Shown here in pieces: positions 27,368 to 36,950 of a stretch of 64,000 bases of DNA. The stretch lies in NCBI GenBank assembly GCA_046290465.1, contig JBKAGP010000001.1, positions 4,320,001 through 4,384,000 of the forward strand, read 5' to 3'. The position numbers and the translations under genes are program-made. Under the pieces are notes generated by a model. The model had not been told where the DNA came from. It saw only the letters and a program-made list of their open reading frames with translations, and made no database searches. This DNA comes from Planctomycetota bacterium. Lineage in GTDB: Bacteria; Planctomycetota; UBA1135; UBA2386. Within the stretch, counting starts at the first letter, position 1; each line of letters opens with the position of its first letter.

Positions 27368-27541
27368 GGCACCTTGTGGAGGTGCCGTGGAAGTGACGGC
27401 TCGACGGCCGTGTCGCGCCCAAAATGCAGAATCGTCCGCTGGGATCCCGGGGCTGCCCGTTGCGGCGGGGTGGGTGGCCCGGTCGGGCGGCCCTACAATC
27501 GGCCGTTCCCGTTCCTCCCACCCCCCCCCCGAAGGACCGCC

Positions 27542-28714
27542 ATGTTCCGCCACTGCCTCACGCTCCTGCTGGCTTCGACCGCGACCGCCCAGTTCGTCTA
27601 CGACTTCAACGGCCTCAACGGCTCCGACCCGCAGCCGTTCACCGCGCTCGACGGGCAGGACAACTGGACGACGCAGACGTTCAATGCGCCCAACGGCTGC
27701 GGTGTCACGGCGACGTTGTCGCACGACGGCACGCCGTCGCTGCGCTTCCAGGAGGTCGGGCCGGGCTACGGCTGCGACGCGTCGCGCATCAACGACGCGG
27801 CCTGGCTGTTCGCGCCGTTCGCGGGCGTCGAGCGCAGCGCGATGTTCCAGTGCGACATGCAGGTCGGCTACTGGGGTGGTTCGTTCGGCCTCGGCCACGA
27901 CACCAACGGCGACGGCGTGATCCGCGGCAGCCAGCAGGGCGAACGCGGCGTGCGCTTCCAGCTCGGCACGCAGGGCAACCAGCAGCTGCGGCTCTACCGC
28001 GGCGACCAGACGTTCGTGCAGGCGACGCTGGCGACGGCTGGCGGCATCGGCGGCGGCGATTGGGTGCGGGTGCGCGTGGTCATGGACCTCGGCGCCAACT
28101 CCGGGGCCGGCGCCGGCACGGTGCTGGTGCAGAACCTGTCGCAGGGCGCGACCACGTTCTCGGCGGTGCCGGGCCTGATCGACGTCGGCCTGGCGCTCGA
28201 CCAGGCCGCGACGGACGCGAGCAACCCGCTGCTGTGGGATGCCCTGTGGCTGCACTTCGAAGGCGCCACCTACGGGCTCGACAACATCGAGGTCGGTTGG
28301 GCCGGCTTCGCCGTGCCGTTCGGAACGGGTTGCGCCGGCGCATCGGGGCCGGTCGAGCTGGTCGCCAACGGCTCGTTCGGTCTCGGCACCACGGTCGACT
28401 TCGTATCCGACAACCACGCCGCCAACGCCGTCGGCCTGGGCATCTTCGGCATCGACGACAGCATCTGGCAGGGCGTGCCGCTGCCGCTGTCGGTCGACCC
28501 GGTGTTCGGCACCAGCGGCTGCACGCTCTACACCGATCCGGCGGTCACCGTGCTGGCGCAGGCTTCAGCGAGCGCGCCGGCGACGATGAGCACGCCCTTC
28601 GCGATCCCGCAGGGCTTGCTGACGGGCTTCGAGTTCTTCGTGCAGCACGCGTGCCTCGAGCCGGTGCAGGGCGGCTGGTCGTTCTCCAACGCGCTGCGGG
28701 TGCGGTTTCCGTAG
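27542..28714 (+). CDS. Exported beta-sandwich protein with shared C-terminal domain
   Basis: Signal peptide ATA-Q; LDGQDNW..LDNIEV jelly-roll-like domain; FGTGC..GCTLY..SNALRVRFP. Confidence 0.8.
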   Translation: MFRHCLTLLLASTATAQFVYDFNGLNGSDPQPFTALDGQDNWTTQTFNAPNGCGVTATLSHDGTPSLRFQEVGPGYGCDASRINDAAWLFAPFAGVERSAMFQCDMQVGYWGGSFGLGHDTNGDGVIRGSQQGERGVRFQLGTQGNQQLRLYRGDQTFVQATLATAGGIGGGDWVRVRVVMDLGANSGAGAGTVLVQNLSQGATTFSAVPGLIDVGLALDQAATDASNPLLWDALWLHFEGATYGLDNIEVGWAGFAVPFGTGCAGASGPVELVANGSFGLGTTVDFVSDNHAANAVGLGIFGIDDSIWQGVPLPLSVDPVFGTSGCTLYTDPAVTVLAQASASAPATMSTPFAIPQGLLTGFEFFVQHACLEPVQGGWSFSNALRVRFP

Positions 28715-28956
28715 GCGATCGATAGACGGATGCTCGAGCTGGGATTGCTGCGCGCGTTCTTGGCATGCCTGTGCTGACCGTTGCCGGAAGGCGGCCAAGG
28801 GGTCCGCAGGATCCAGAGCGCGCGCAGCGCCATCATCGAACATGAGCGTCCTCATCGCGGCTCGAACGGCAGGTGGACGGGTCTCGAGTGGGGCGTTGGC
28901 AGTGCAGGTCGAAGGGTGGCGCGGCGGGTTGGGTTCGTCGGCCGAGAACTGATGGA

Positions 28957-29358
28957 ATGGACAGGGCAAACGGCACCCCCGATGCATGGAGTCGGCCGCT
29001 GCTGGTTGCGTGGGTCAGCTGGCTCTTGGGTCCTGCGGGTTTCGTGTTCTGCGCGATGCTCAATGACGGGAGGCCTGACTGCTTCCTTGCGTCCGTCGCC
29101 GCCGCTGGGCACGGAGCTGCACTGATTCTCACTGTTGCGATGGCGGGATCGGCTCGGTTTCGACGCCTACCCGAGTTCTGGTGCATGCTGACGTACTGGG
29201 TGCCGCTTGCCTTCATGTTCCTGGCCATGGCGATCGACTCGTTTCAGCTAGGCCGTGGGAGCCTGCACACGGTCATGAGTTGGGCGGCGTTGGTTCCGCT
29301 TGCGGCGTTGGTCCGGCTGGCTCGCCTCGTTTGGCATGCGGCCCAGCGGGCTGACTAG
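28957..29358 (+). CDS. Cassette-like membrane protein
   Basis: About four hydrophobic segments; followed by an attC-like site. Start uncertain. Confidence 0.55.
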   Translation: MDRANGTPDAWSRPLLVAWVSWLLGPAGFVFCAMLNDGRPDCFLASVAAAGHGAALILTVAMAGSARFRRLPEFWCMLTYWVPLAFMFLAMAIDSFQLGRGSLHTVMSWAALVPLAALVRLARLVWHAAQRAD

Positions 29359-29418
29359 TACTGGATGATGCAGCAGACGAGGCTTCGCCTCGCAGCTGAT
29401 CGCTCACAGTCGTTATCC
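29354..29418 (+). repeat. attC-like site 1 (degenerate R'' box)
   Basis: ATGCAGC-AGA-CGAGGC-TTC-GCCTCG-CA-GCTGAT with an unpaired G in the left arm; ends GTTATCC. Confidence 0.65.
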
Positions 29419-29434
29419 TGGCCCGCGCTCCGTC

Positions 29435-29731
29435 ATGTCGCTCCCGGACTACTTCCAGAAGCCTGAGTTTGCAGGTCACCTCAAGGTGCTCGAGGTACTC
29501 CGTCGGTGGGATCCGATCGGAGTGATCTGCGAGAGCAATCAGGACGAGTATGATTCCTACTCGACGAGGTTCGTGACGATGCTAGACCAAGGGGTGACCA
29601 CCGATGACCTTCTTCGGGCGATGCGTGCTCTGGTCACCGACCACATGGGCATGCCATCCTTCGACGAGGTGCACTCCAGGTCCTGCGCGGCGGAGCTTGT
29701 CGATTTCTGGCGTTCGTGGAAGCATCGCTAA
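29435..29731 (+). CDS. Cassette-like small protein (DUF1871-like)
   Basis: WDPIGV..DEYDSY motif. Confidence 0.7.
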   Translation: MSLPDYFQKPEFAGHLKVLEVLRRWDPIGVICESNQDEYDSYSTRFVTMLDQGVTTDDLLRAMRALVTDHMGMPSFDEVHSRSCAAELVDFWRSWKHR

Positions 29732-29789
29732 TGAGTCGCTGCAGCGGACGACGCTCCGCGCCGCAGCTGATCAACGACAGACGTTGGGA
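29725..29789 (+). repeat. attC-like site 2
   Basis: GCTAAT overlapping the stop, then CTGCAGCGGACGACGCTCCGCGCCGCAGCTGAT and GTTGGGA; same arms as site 1. Confidence 0.75.
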
Positions 29790-29795
29790 GGGTGC

Positions 29796-30068
29796 GTGAG
29801 CAATCAGGGCATTCGATCGGCGTTTGGGCCAGGCGGCTGGATTGGTCAGGCGCTTCTCGGTGCCGGGCTTGCTGGGATGCTGATCGTCGGGGTGATGTGG
29901 CTCGAACCGGGGCCGGTCGAGCGGTTGATGATCGGCGGCCTGACCATCGCTGTCGGGGCCGCGCTCCTCTTGGCCGTCTGGGAAACGAGGTGGCGCATCG
30001 TTGCGGGATGCGCAACCCTGCTCTTCGGATTGGGGGCAATCTACAGCCTCTACTGCGTGGGATGGTAG
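29796..30068 (+). CDS. Cassette-like small membrane protein
   Basis: Three hydrophobic helices; GTG start after GGGAGG. Confidence 0.55.
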   Translation: MSNQGIRSAFGPGGWIGQALLGAGLAGMLIVGVMWLEPGPVERLMIGGLTIAVGAALLLAVWETRWRIVAGCATLLFGLGAIYSLYCVGW

Positions 30069-30154
30069 GATGCCGTCGAACGCGTCGCATGACTTGGCGG
30101 CGGCGGCTCTGCGACCGATGACGGCCGGCATTCTGCAGTCAGATTGGGCGTCCA

Positions 30155-30337
30155 ATGGGTTTCCGCGAGCATCTCACACTCAAGTGCCACACCTGCAAGT
30201 CTCGGCGAGCACTCGGAGGCAGCAAGAAGATGGGCGACAGCAGCGTCGCCGAGCGCAGTGGGTGGGTGCATACGAAGACCAAAGAGGGCGCATATGTCTG
30301 GCTTTGTCCTCCATGTGCGAGAAAGTCACGCAAGTAG
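30155..30337 (+). CDS. Cassette-like small zinc-ribbon protein
   Basis: CHTC...GW...LCPPC (two CxxC pairs). Confidence 0.55.
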   Translation: MGFREHLTLKCHTCKSRRALGGSKKMGDSSVAERSGWVHTKTKEGAYVWLCPPCARKSRK

Positions 30338-30524
30338 TCGCGGCTCGTCAGCAGTTGGCGTCGTGGTCTTCTGCCGAATGCGCGCGATGCCGCTGATGCG
30401 CGGCGCATGAATCGCGGGCGTGGCGGCACGCAGCACGCCACGTGTAGGATGGCCGTGAAGTCGTCGCAGGAGTTGACGCTGCTACGCGCGGCAGGTGGGC
30501 GGCCCGAGTCGGGCGGCAGAAGCC

Positions 30525-31145
30525 ATGATTACGGGCATCGAGGATTACTTCACGAGTGGGTGTGGCCGCTGTGAGCGTTTCGCGACTCCAGACTGCGCTA
30601 CCCGTCAATGGAGCGGTGGCCTCGCGGCACTTCGCAAGATCTGTCTCGATGCCGGACTCGAGGAGGTCGTGAAGTGGGGCCATCCTTGCTACATGCATGC
30701 CGGGCGCAACGTCGCGATCCTGGGCGCCCTTCGTGGGGACTATCGCATCAGCTTCTTCCATGCCGCCTTGATGAAGGACCCCAACGGCGTTCTGGAGAAG
30801 CCGGGCCCGAACACTCGGCACGCTGACATGATCCGGTTCACGAGCAACTCGCGAGTCGCGAAGCTGAAGGCGGTCATCGCGTCCTATCTGAAGGAGGCGA
30901 TGGGTTATGCCGAGGCGGGGATCAAACCACCGAAGGTGCAGCACGATCTCGAGTTGCCCGAAGAACTCGTGGATGCGCTACGTGCGGATCCCGAACTGTC
31001 CGAGGCGTTCCTTGGCTTGACGCCTGGTCGCCAGCGGAGCTACGTGATCAACCTGAACTCGGCGAAGAAGTCCGCGACGCGAGTTGCCCGCATCGACCGG
31101 TTCCGTGCCAGGATTCTGGCGGGGAAGGGTGCAACGGAGCGATGA
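30525..31145 (+). CDS. YdeI/OmpD-associated family protein
   Basis: GCGRC..TPDC, KWGHPCY, LTPGRQRSY and SAKKSATRVAR. Confidence 0.85.
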   Translation: MITGIEDYFTSGCGRCERFATPDCATRQWSGGLAALRKICLDAGLEEVVKWGHPCYMHAGRNVAILGALRGDYRISFFHAALMKDPNGVLEKPGPNTRHADMIRFTSNSRVAKLKAVIASYLKEAMGYAEAGIKPPKVQHDLELPEELVDALRADPELSEAFLGLTPGRQRSYVINLNSAKKSATRVARIDRFRARILAGKGATER

Positions 31146-31156
31146 GTTGCATCTCT

Positions 31157-31224
31157 CACCTGGCAAGCGCGTGCACGGGACGGGCTGCTGCGCGGCACGC
31201 CGTGGAACCGAAGACACGTTGTGC
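31157..31224 (+). repeat. attC-like site (degenerate)
   Basis: CAAGCGCGTGCACGGGAC..GCCGTGGAAC..GTTGTGC, followed 2 nt later by an ATG. Confidence 0.5.
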
Positions 31225-31226
31225 GG

Positions 31227-31523
31227 ATGAGTCGCCGTAGCAGGGATCCTGGAGATCCGTTCGAGCTGGAACTCGAGCGTGTGTTCGGCTGGGGCGAACT
31301 GGCCTTCGCATGCGCCCTCGGACTGTTTGCGCTCGTTGCCAGCCTGGCGGAGGTGACTCGCGCGACTTGGCCCGCGCTGTTGTGGGAGTTGGCGACACTG
31401 CTCGGCGCCGCGATGGTCTTCGCATGCTGGCTCGAGCCGTCGATTCGTCCGAGGCTGCTTCGCTTCTTCTGGGTGTGGTTGGCGATCAGTCTGTCGGTGG
31501 CGACGACCCGGCTCGTGGGTTAG
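31227..31523 (+). CDS. Cassette-like small membrane protein
   Basis: Three hydrophobic helices. Confidence 0.5.
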   Translation: MSRRSRDPGDPFELELERVFGWGELAFACALGLFALVASLAEVTRATWPALLWELATLLGAAMVFACWLEPSIRPRLLRFFWVWLAISLSVATTRLVG

Positions 31524-31592
31524 CCAGGCAAGGCAGCTGGCGCGACGGTGCGGCAGCGGATGAAGAAGACGCGTCGGGTAGACAGGAACCAC

Positions 31593-31865
31593 ATGTCCAA
31601 GCCAGTCATCGCCGCTCTCAGCTGCTCGCTCGCGCTCCTCGCGGGCTGCGCATCCTACGAAGAGTCGTCGTCAAAGGGTGAGGAGCCAGTGTTGACCTAC
31701 GCAGGCGATGGTTACGGCGGTCGCGTCCACCTTCGCCTGGTGCGAGGCGAGGTGATAGGTGGCGAGGTCGAGACGCTGCATCGCGACTGCACGGGCGCCC
31801 CTCTCGTGTTCCCGATCCGCGTGCTGGATCAGCTGGCTAGCATGCTGCCCGACCAAAGACGTTAG
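31593..31865 (+). CDS. Cassette-like small lipoprotein (possibly truncated)
   Basis: Lipobox LAGC; AGGA RBS; the stop codon lies inside a GTTAGCC core-like site. Confidence 0.45.
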   Translation: MSKPVIAALSCSLALLAGCASYEESSSKGEEPVLTYAGDGYGGRVHLRLVRGEVIGGEVETLHRDCTGAPLVFPIRVLDQLASMLPDQRR

Positions 31866-31875
31866 CCGGATCGAA

Positions 31876-32118
31876 ATGGCCTCGACACATGCAGATGGCA
31901 CGCCGTGCAAGGAAGCGACCAGGTCCGTGCCGGATGGCTACGCACCTTGCTGCGACTTGTTCGATGGGCACACGAGTGCGTGTGACTTCGACGTGCGTTA
32001 CGAATGGTGGGCCGGGCCGGCGCGCTGGGTGATCACGATCGCGGAGTCGGCCGGTGGCGGAGGCATCTGGATCAGGTTCTGTCCGCACTGCGGCAGCAAG
32101 CTGCCCGCAAGCGGGTAA
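31876..32118 (+). CDS. Cassette-like small Cys-rich protein
   Basis: PCC...IRFCPHCGSKL motif; starts just after GTTAGCC. Confidence 0.55.
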   Translation: MASTHADGTPCKEATRSVPDGYAPCCDLFDGHTSACDFDVRYEWWAGPARWVITIAESAGGGGIWIRFCPHCGSKLPASG

Positions 32119-32198
32119 GCTGCCCCGGCGGATGCACTCGAGCCTGGTCCATCGCGGCTTCTCGTTCTCCAGCGCCCTGCGGCTACCCGTCTCGTAGA

Positions 32199-33041
32199 TC
32201 AGGCCAACTGCGAACGTGTCGCCCAGGCGCCGTTGGCGGCGGCGTCGCGCGCGTAGTCGCGGAGGTCGCGCGGCGCGCGGCCGAGTGCGCGCTGCACGCC
32301 GTCGGCCAGCGACGCGTTGCGGCCGTCGAGCACCGTCGAGAACAGGTAGTCGAGCAGTCCGATCTGGGCCGCGGGCAGGCCCGCTCGTTCGAGGCCTTCG
32401 AGGAACGCCGCGCGCGGGATCGTGACGTAGCGGACCTCGCGCCCGGCCGCCCGGGCGATGTCGGCGACGGCGTCGGCGAACGTCATCAGCCGCGGGCCGG
32501 TGACCTCGTAGACCTCGCCGTGGTGGGCATCCTGCGTCAGCGCCGCCACCGCGACGTCGGCGATGTCGTCGACGTCGACGAACGGCTCGAGCACGTCGCC
32601 GGCCGGCAGCGCGACTTCGCCGGCAGCCACCAGTTCGGCGAAGGCGCCCTCGTCGAAGTTCTGCGCGAACCAGCTGGCGCGCACGACCGTCCACTCGAGG
32701 CCCGAGCGCTGCACGATGCCCTCGCAGCGCTGCGCCTCCTCCTCGCCGCGGCCGGACAGCAGCACCAGGCGACGCACGCCGAGTTGTCGGCTCAGCTCGG
32801 TGAAGGCGGCGATCGCCGCGGGCGCTTCCGGCACCGCGAGGTCGGGGCTGTAGACGACGTAGGCGGCATCGACGCCGGCGACCGCGTCGCGCCAGGTGCT
32901 GCGGTCGTTCCAGTCGAAGCGCACGTCGCCGGAGCGGGAGGCGCGGCGGACCTCGCGGCCGGCGGCTTCGAGGCGGTCGGCGACGCGGCGGCCGGTCTTG
33001 CCGTTGGCGGCGATGACGAGGATCGGGAGTTGGTCGTTCAT
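32199..33041 (-). CDS. NmrA-like NAD(P)H-binding protein
   Basis: ILVIAANGKTGRRV, LLSGRGE, RASWFAQNF, FVDVDDIA, YEVTGP. Confidence 0.9.
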   Translation of the reverse strand: MNDQLPILVIAANGKTGRRVADRLEAAGREVRRASRSGDVRFDWNDRSTWRDAVAGVDAAYVVYSPDLAVPEAPAAIAAFTELSRQLGVRRLVLLSGRGEEEAQRCEGIVQRSGLEWTVVRASWFAQNFDEGAFAELVAAGEVALPAGDVLEPFVDVDDIADVAVAALTQDAHHGEVYEVTGPRLMTFADAVADIARAAGREVRYVTIPRAAFLEGLERAGLPAAQIGLLDYLFSTVLDGRNASLADGVQRALGRAPRDLRDYARDAAANGAWATRSQLA

Positions 33042-33207
33042 GGGTCGTTCGATGGGTTGTTCGGGTTTGGATGGCGCGGCTTCCGTTCGCCGCATGAGCA
33101 ACACCATCGCCCATCTAGGTTGGACGCACCATGTCTGTGCGTCCGCATGAATGTGCCAGGAGTCCAGGAGGGTGGACGAAGGAGGCATCGTGCCGCAAGC
33201 TGTCGCC

Positions 33208-34179
33208 ATGGAACGTCCGACCGAGGTGCCCGCCCCGAGCGATCCACTGGGCGAGGCGCTGCACCTGCTGCGGCTGACCGGCAGCGTCTACGCCCGCTCG
33301 GACCTGACCGCGCCGTGGGGCTTCGAGCTGCCGCCGTTCGAGGGCCACATGATGTTCCACGTCGTGACGGCCGGTCGCTGCTGGCTCGAGATCGACGGCA
33401 GTGAGCCGCTGCTGCTCGAGCGCGGCAGCCTCGCGCTGGTGCCGCACGGTCTCGGCCACGCGCTGGTCGACCAGGTCGGCCGCGCGTGCGTCCCGTTCTT
33501 CGACCTGCCGATCGAGCGCGTCTCCGACCGCTACGAACGGCTGCAGTGGGGTGGCGGTGGCGAGGCCTGCAGGCTGATCTGCGTGGTCGTGCGCTTCGAC
33601 CACGCCGCCGCAGAACGGCTGGTCGACGCGTTGCCGCCGGTGCTGCACCTCGACGCCTGGCACGGCGGCGACGACCGCTGGCTCGGCGACACGCTGCGGT
33701 TCATCGCCAGCGAGGCCGAGTCGCTGCGGCCCGGTGGCGAGACGGTGATCACCAGGCTCGCCGACATCCTGGTGATCCAGATGGTGCGGCACTGGATCGA
33801 GCACGACCACACGGCGGAGACCGGCTGGCTGTCGGCGCTGCGCGACGAGCGCCTGGGGCGCGCGATCGCCGCGATCCATCGCGAGCCCGGTGCCGACTGG
33901 ACGCTCGCGTCGCTGGCGCGCGCCGCGGCGATGTCGCGATCGGCGTTCGCCGCGCGCTTCGCCGAGGTCGTCGGCGAGACGGCGATGCGCTACCTCGCGA
34001 GGTGGCGGCTGCAGGTCGCGCGCGCGGCGCTGCGTGAGTCCGACGAGCCGGTCGGCATCGTCGCCGAACGCTGCGGCTACCGTTCGGAGGCGTCGTTCTG
34101 CCGCGCCTTCAAGCGCGCGTTCGGCGTCTCGCCAGGCCACGACCGGCGGGTCGGTTCGTCACCGCTGGCGCCGGCGTGA
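33208..34179 (+). CDS. AraC family regulator with cupin_6 domain
   Basis: DPLGEAL..APWG..FHVV; HTH WTLASLARAAAMSRSAF and GYRSEASFCRAFKR; divergent from the NmrA-like gene. Confidence 0.93.
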   Translation: MERPTEVPAPSDPLGEALHLLRLTGSVYARSDLTAPWGFELPPFEGHMMFHVVTAGRCWLEIDGSEPLLLERGSLALVPHGLGHALVDQVGRACVPFFDLPIERVSDRYERLQWGGGGEACRLICVVVRFDHAAAERLVDALPPVLHLDAWHGGDDRWLGDTLRFIASEAESLRPGGETVITRLADILVIQMVRHWIEHDHTAETGWLSALRDERLGRAIAAIHREPGADWTLASLARAAAMSRSAFAARFAEVVGETAMRYLARWRLQVARAALRESDEPVGIVAERCGYRSEASFCRAFKRAFGVSPGHDRRVGSSPLAPA

Positions 34180-34189
34180 TCGGCGCGGC

Positions 34190-36892
34190 TCAACGGTCCC
34201 AATCGGCCGGCATGCGGATCACGATCTCGGCTTCGGAGCCGAGCGCGAACACGACCGGCGGTGCCAGCACGCGGGCTGCCGCGATCGCGGCCTGGTTGCG
34301 GAAGTTCTCGCGCCAGAACGCCTGCTGCTTGCGTGGGTCCTGCAGGCTCTTGATCCACAGCTGCAGCGCGGCCGAGCCGGGCGTCGTCAGGACGGTCGTG
34401 CGCCCCTCCTCGTCGGTCGGGTCGCAGGCCGCGCCGAGCGCCACCCCGTTGCGTTGGAAGCCGAGCCTGGTGCCGGCGATCGGGCTGCCGTCGGGCGCGA
34501 GCACGCGCACCCGGGCCTCGACGACGTGCACGTCGAAGTCGGCCTGGGCGTCCTGGCCGCCGCGCACGTCGATGGCGCCGTCGGTCATCGCGCTGAAGTT
34601 CTTCTCACCGACCTGCAGATACGGGTGCATGCGCCAGGTGCCCTCGGGCAGCAGCGCCTCGAAGCGGCCCTGCTCGTCGCTGCGGGCATTGCGGTAGACC
34701 TGGCGCGGGGTGCCGTCCGGGTTGAAGCCGCAGTCGCCGATGAACTGCAAGCCGTGCGCCGCGGGTTTGCCGTTGACGCGCAGCGTGCCGGTCATCGTGC
34801 CGAGGCGCATCTGCGGCAGGTCGAGTGCAACCTGCTGTTCCTGGCCGTCCTCGAGCACGAGCCCGGCGCGCACGGTGTCGTTGGACGTCGTGTAGCTGCT
34901 GTCGTCGTAGGCCGCGACGCTGCGCAGCTGCAGCTCCCACGTTCCGGCCGGGATGCCGCCGATGGTCGCCTTCGCGTCGTCGTCGAACGGCACGAAGCCC
35001 TGCTTCGTCGTCGGGTAGATCTCGTAGCGCTCTCCGACCTTGCGGCGCAGCTGCACGCCCGGTCGCTTGCGCAGCTGGCGCGCGTCGAGCTCGGCGTCGC
35101 GCGGCAGCATCGCCTGCGCGTAGAGGTCGGCGAGCAGTTCGGGTGGGCCCAGCGTGACGTGCAGCGTCGCGCCGGTCGGCACGACGATCTCGAGCACGCC
35201 GTCACCGAGCGTGACGCCGGTGCGCACGATCGGCGCGTGCGTCTCGCTGGTGACGCGCAGTCCGTAGCTGTGCTGCACCGCGCCGCGGACGGCGCACGTG
35301 CCGTCCGCGCCGGTGGTCGCCTCGTCGATCCTGGTCGTGCCGTTCTGGTTCATCCAGTTCCAGTCGCCACTGACGTAGACCTTGGTCTGCGCGTCGAACG
35401 GTTCGCCGTCCGGCAGGTCGACCAGCTCGACCTTGCTGCCGGCCATCTGCTCGCCCTTGGCGTCGACGACGCGCACCGTCTGCTCGACCGCGTCCGGGAG
35501 TTGCACGGCCAGCACCACCGGGCCGACGGCGCCGACCTCTATGCCCAGCGCTCCGCTCGAGGCGAGTCCGGAGTCCGCACGCGGCTCGACAAAGACCACG
35601 TGCTCGCCGCGCCGGATGCCCTCCACGGTGTGCTGGCCGTTCTCGTGCTTCCACCCGCCGCGGATGTCGCCGTAGCTGCTCGACCAGCGGCCGGTCGTCT
35701 TCGGCGCGGGCAGGATGCGGGCGCCGAACTGCTCGACCGCGCTGCCGTCGGACGCGCGGGTGACGTTGAGCACCACGTCGATGCCGCGCTGCATCACGAT
35801 GCGCACGTCGCGCGCGCCCCACTCGTACTCCTGCTCGGTCTGCAGGTACTCGCAGTGGCGATGCTCGAACTTCAGCGCAAATGGCCCGTCCGGATCGCCC
35901 GACTCGCGCCGCTCGAGGTGGAACGTGCCGTCCTTCTTGGTCGACGTCATCCAGCCGCCGCCGGTGCGGCCGTCGGGTTCGACCTGGGCGCCGCGAATCG
36001 GCATGCCGGCCTCGTCGACGACGACGCCGGTGATCGACGGCACGTCGGCCGCGCGTTTGACGACCAGTTCGATCGTCGTCGACGGCGCCTCGATGGTGAT
36101 CTCGTCTCTTGGCTCTGCGAGCTGCCCGGTGCGCAGGTCGAGGTTCCAGATCGCGGGCGCCAGCGGCTGCTTGAAGCGGAACGTCCCGTCCGCCTTCGAA
36201 CGCGTCGAGTAGCCGTCACGGGGCGTCATCTCGCCGCGCCAGCGGTCCTTGCGGTTGTAGCGATCGAGGTGCACCTCGACGCCCTTCTGCGGCACGCCGT
36301 CGGTGTCGACGACCCGCCCGGCGACGATCGCTCCGGGCGCGAGCACCACGTCCCCGAAGTCCTTCTGGGTGTCGGGTTCGATCTTGCCCCAGCGCCCTCC
36401 GACCTTGACCCGCCCTTCGACCTCGAGGTCGAGCGTGAACTGGTACGGCGGTGGCGGCACGAACGTCACGGCGAAGCGACCGTCGGGACCGGTCTGGGTC
36501 TCTTCCGGCTCGTTCCAGACGACGTCGCCGTGCTCGCGGCGGTAGGCGTCGAGCCGCTGGTCGTTGGCGACCCAGCCGGAGACCTCGACCGTGACGCCCG
36601 CGATCGGATCGCCGTTCTCGTCGACGCAGCGTCCGAACAGCAGCGCCTCGCCCGGGGCCGCGACCGGTACGACCGGTGACGATGCGACCGCCTGCCGTTC
36701 GACCGGGGCGGCTTCTGGCGGGCTGGCCTCGGCCTCGGACCTTGCGGCCTTGGCGGGTGTGGCGTGCTCGGGCCTGGCGGCGGCGTGTGCGTCGCTCCGG
36801 CCGGGAGGTGCCGCGGCCGTGTCGCGCGACGACAGCCACCACGCGAACGCGGCAGCCATCAGGACGAGAACGACGATCGACGCGCGCTTCAT
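34190..36892 (-). CDS. Membrane-anchored carboxypeptidase-regulatory-like (CarboxypepD_reg) repeat protein
   Basis: N-terminal TM segment, Ala/Pro linker, repeated GRVVDxxGxP..TxxDGxF. Confidence 0.8.
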   Translation of the reverse strand: MKRASIVVLVLMAAAFAWWLSSRDTAAAPPGRSDAHAAARPEHATPAKAARSEAEASPPEAAPVERQAVASSPVVPVAAPGEALLFGRCVDENGDPIAGVTVEVSGWVANDQRLDAYRREHGDVVWNEPEETQTGPDGRFAVTFVPPPPYQFTLDLEVEGRVKVGGRWGKIEPDTQKDFGDVVLAPGAIVAGRVVDTDGVPQKGVEVHLDRYNRKDRWRGEMTPRDGYSTRSKADGTFRFKQPLAPAIWNLDLRTGQLAEPRDEITIEAPSTTIELVVKRAADVPSITGVVVDEAGMPIRGAQVEPDGRTGGGWMTSTKKDGTFHLERRESGDPDGPFALKFEHRHCEYLQTEQEYEWGARDVRIVMQRGIDVVLNVTRASDGSAVEQFGARILPAPKTTGRWSSSYGDIRGGWKHENGQHTVEGIRRGEHVVFVEPRADSGLASSGALGIEVGAVGPVVLAVQLPDAVEQTVRVVDAKGEQMAGSKVELVDLPDGEPFDAQTKVYVSGDWNWMNQNGTTRIDEATTGADGTCAVRGAVQHSYGLRVTSETHAPIVRTGVTLGDGVLEIVVPTGATLHVTLGPPELLADLYAQAMLPRDAELDARQLRKRPGVQLRRKVGERYEIYPTTKQGFVPFDDDAKATIGGIPAGTWELQLRSVAAYDDSSYTTSNDTVRAGLVLEDGQEQQVALDLPQMRLGTMTGTLRVNGKPAAHGLQFIGDCGFNPDGTPRQVYRNARSDEQGRFEALLPEGTWRMHPYLQVGEKNFSAMTDGAIDVRGGQDAQADFDVHVVEARVRVLAPDGSPIAGTRLGFQRNGVALGAACDPTDEEGRTTVLTTPGSAALQLWIKSLQDPRKQQAFWRENFRNQAAIAAARVLAPPVVFALGSEAEIVIRMPADWDR

Positions 36893-36950
36893 CGCGCCTG
36901 CTCCTGCGTCCCACGCATCGCAGCAGCATAGCCGATCCCGCCGGTCGCGC

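Larger units (their letters stand above)
28957..32170 (+). mobile_element. Degenerate integron-like cassette array without integrase (CALIN-like)
   Basis: Eight short co-oriented ORFs with atypical, more AT-rich composition, several separated by imperfect palindromes ending in GTT core-like sites. Confidence 0.65.
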
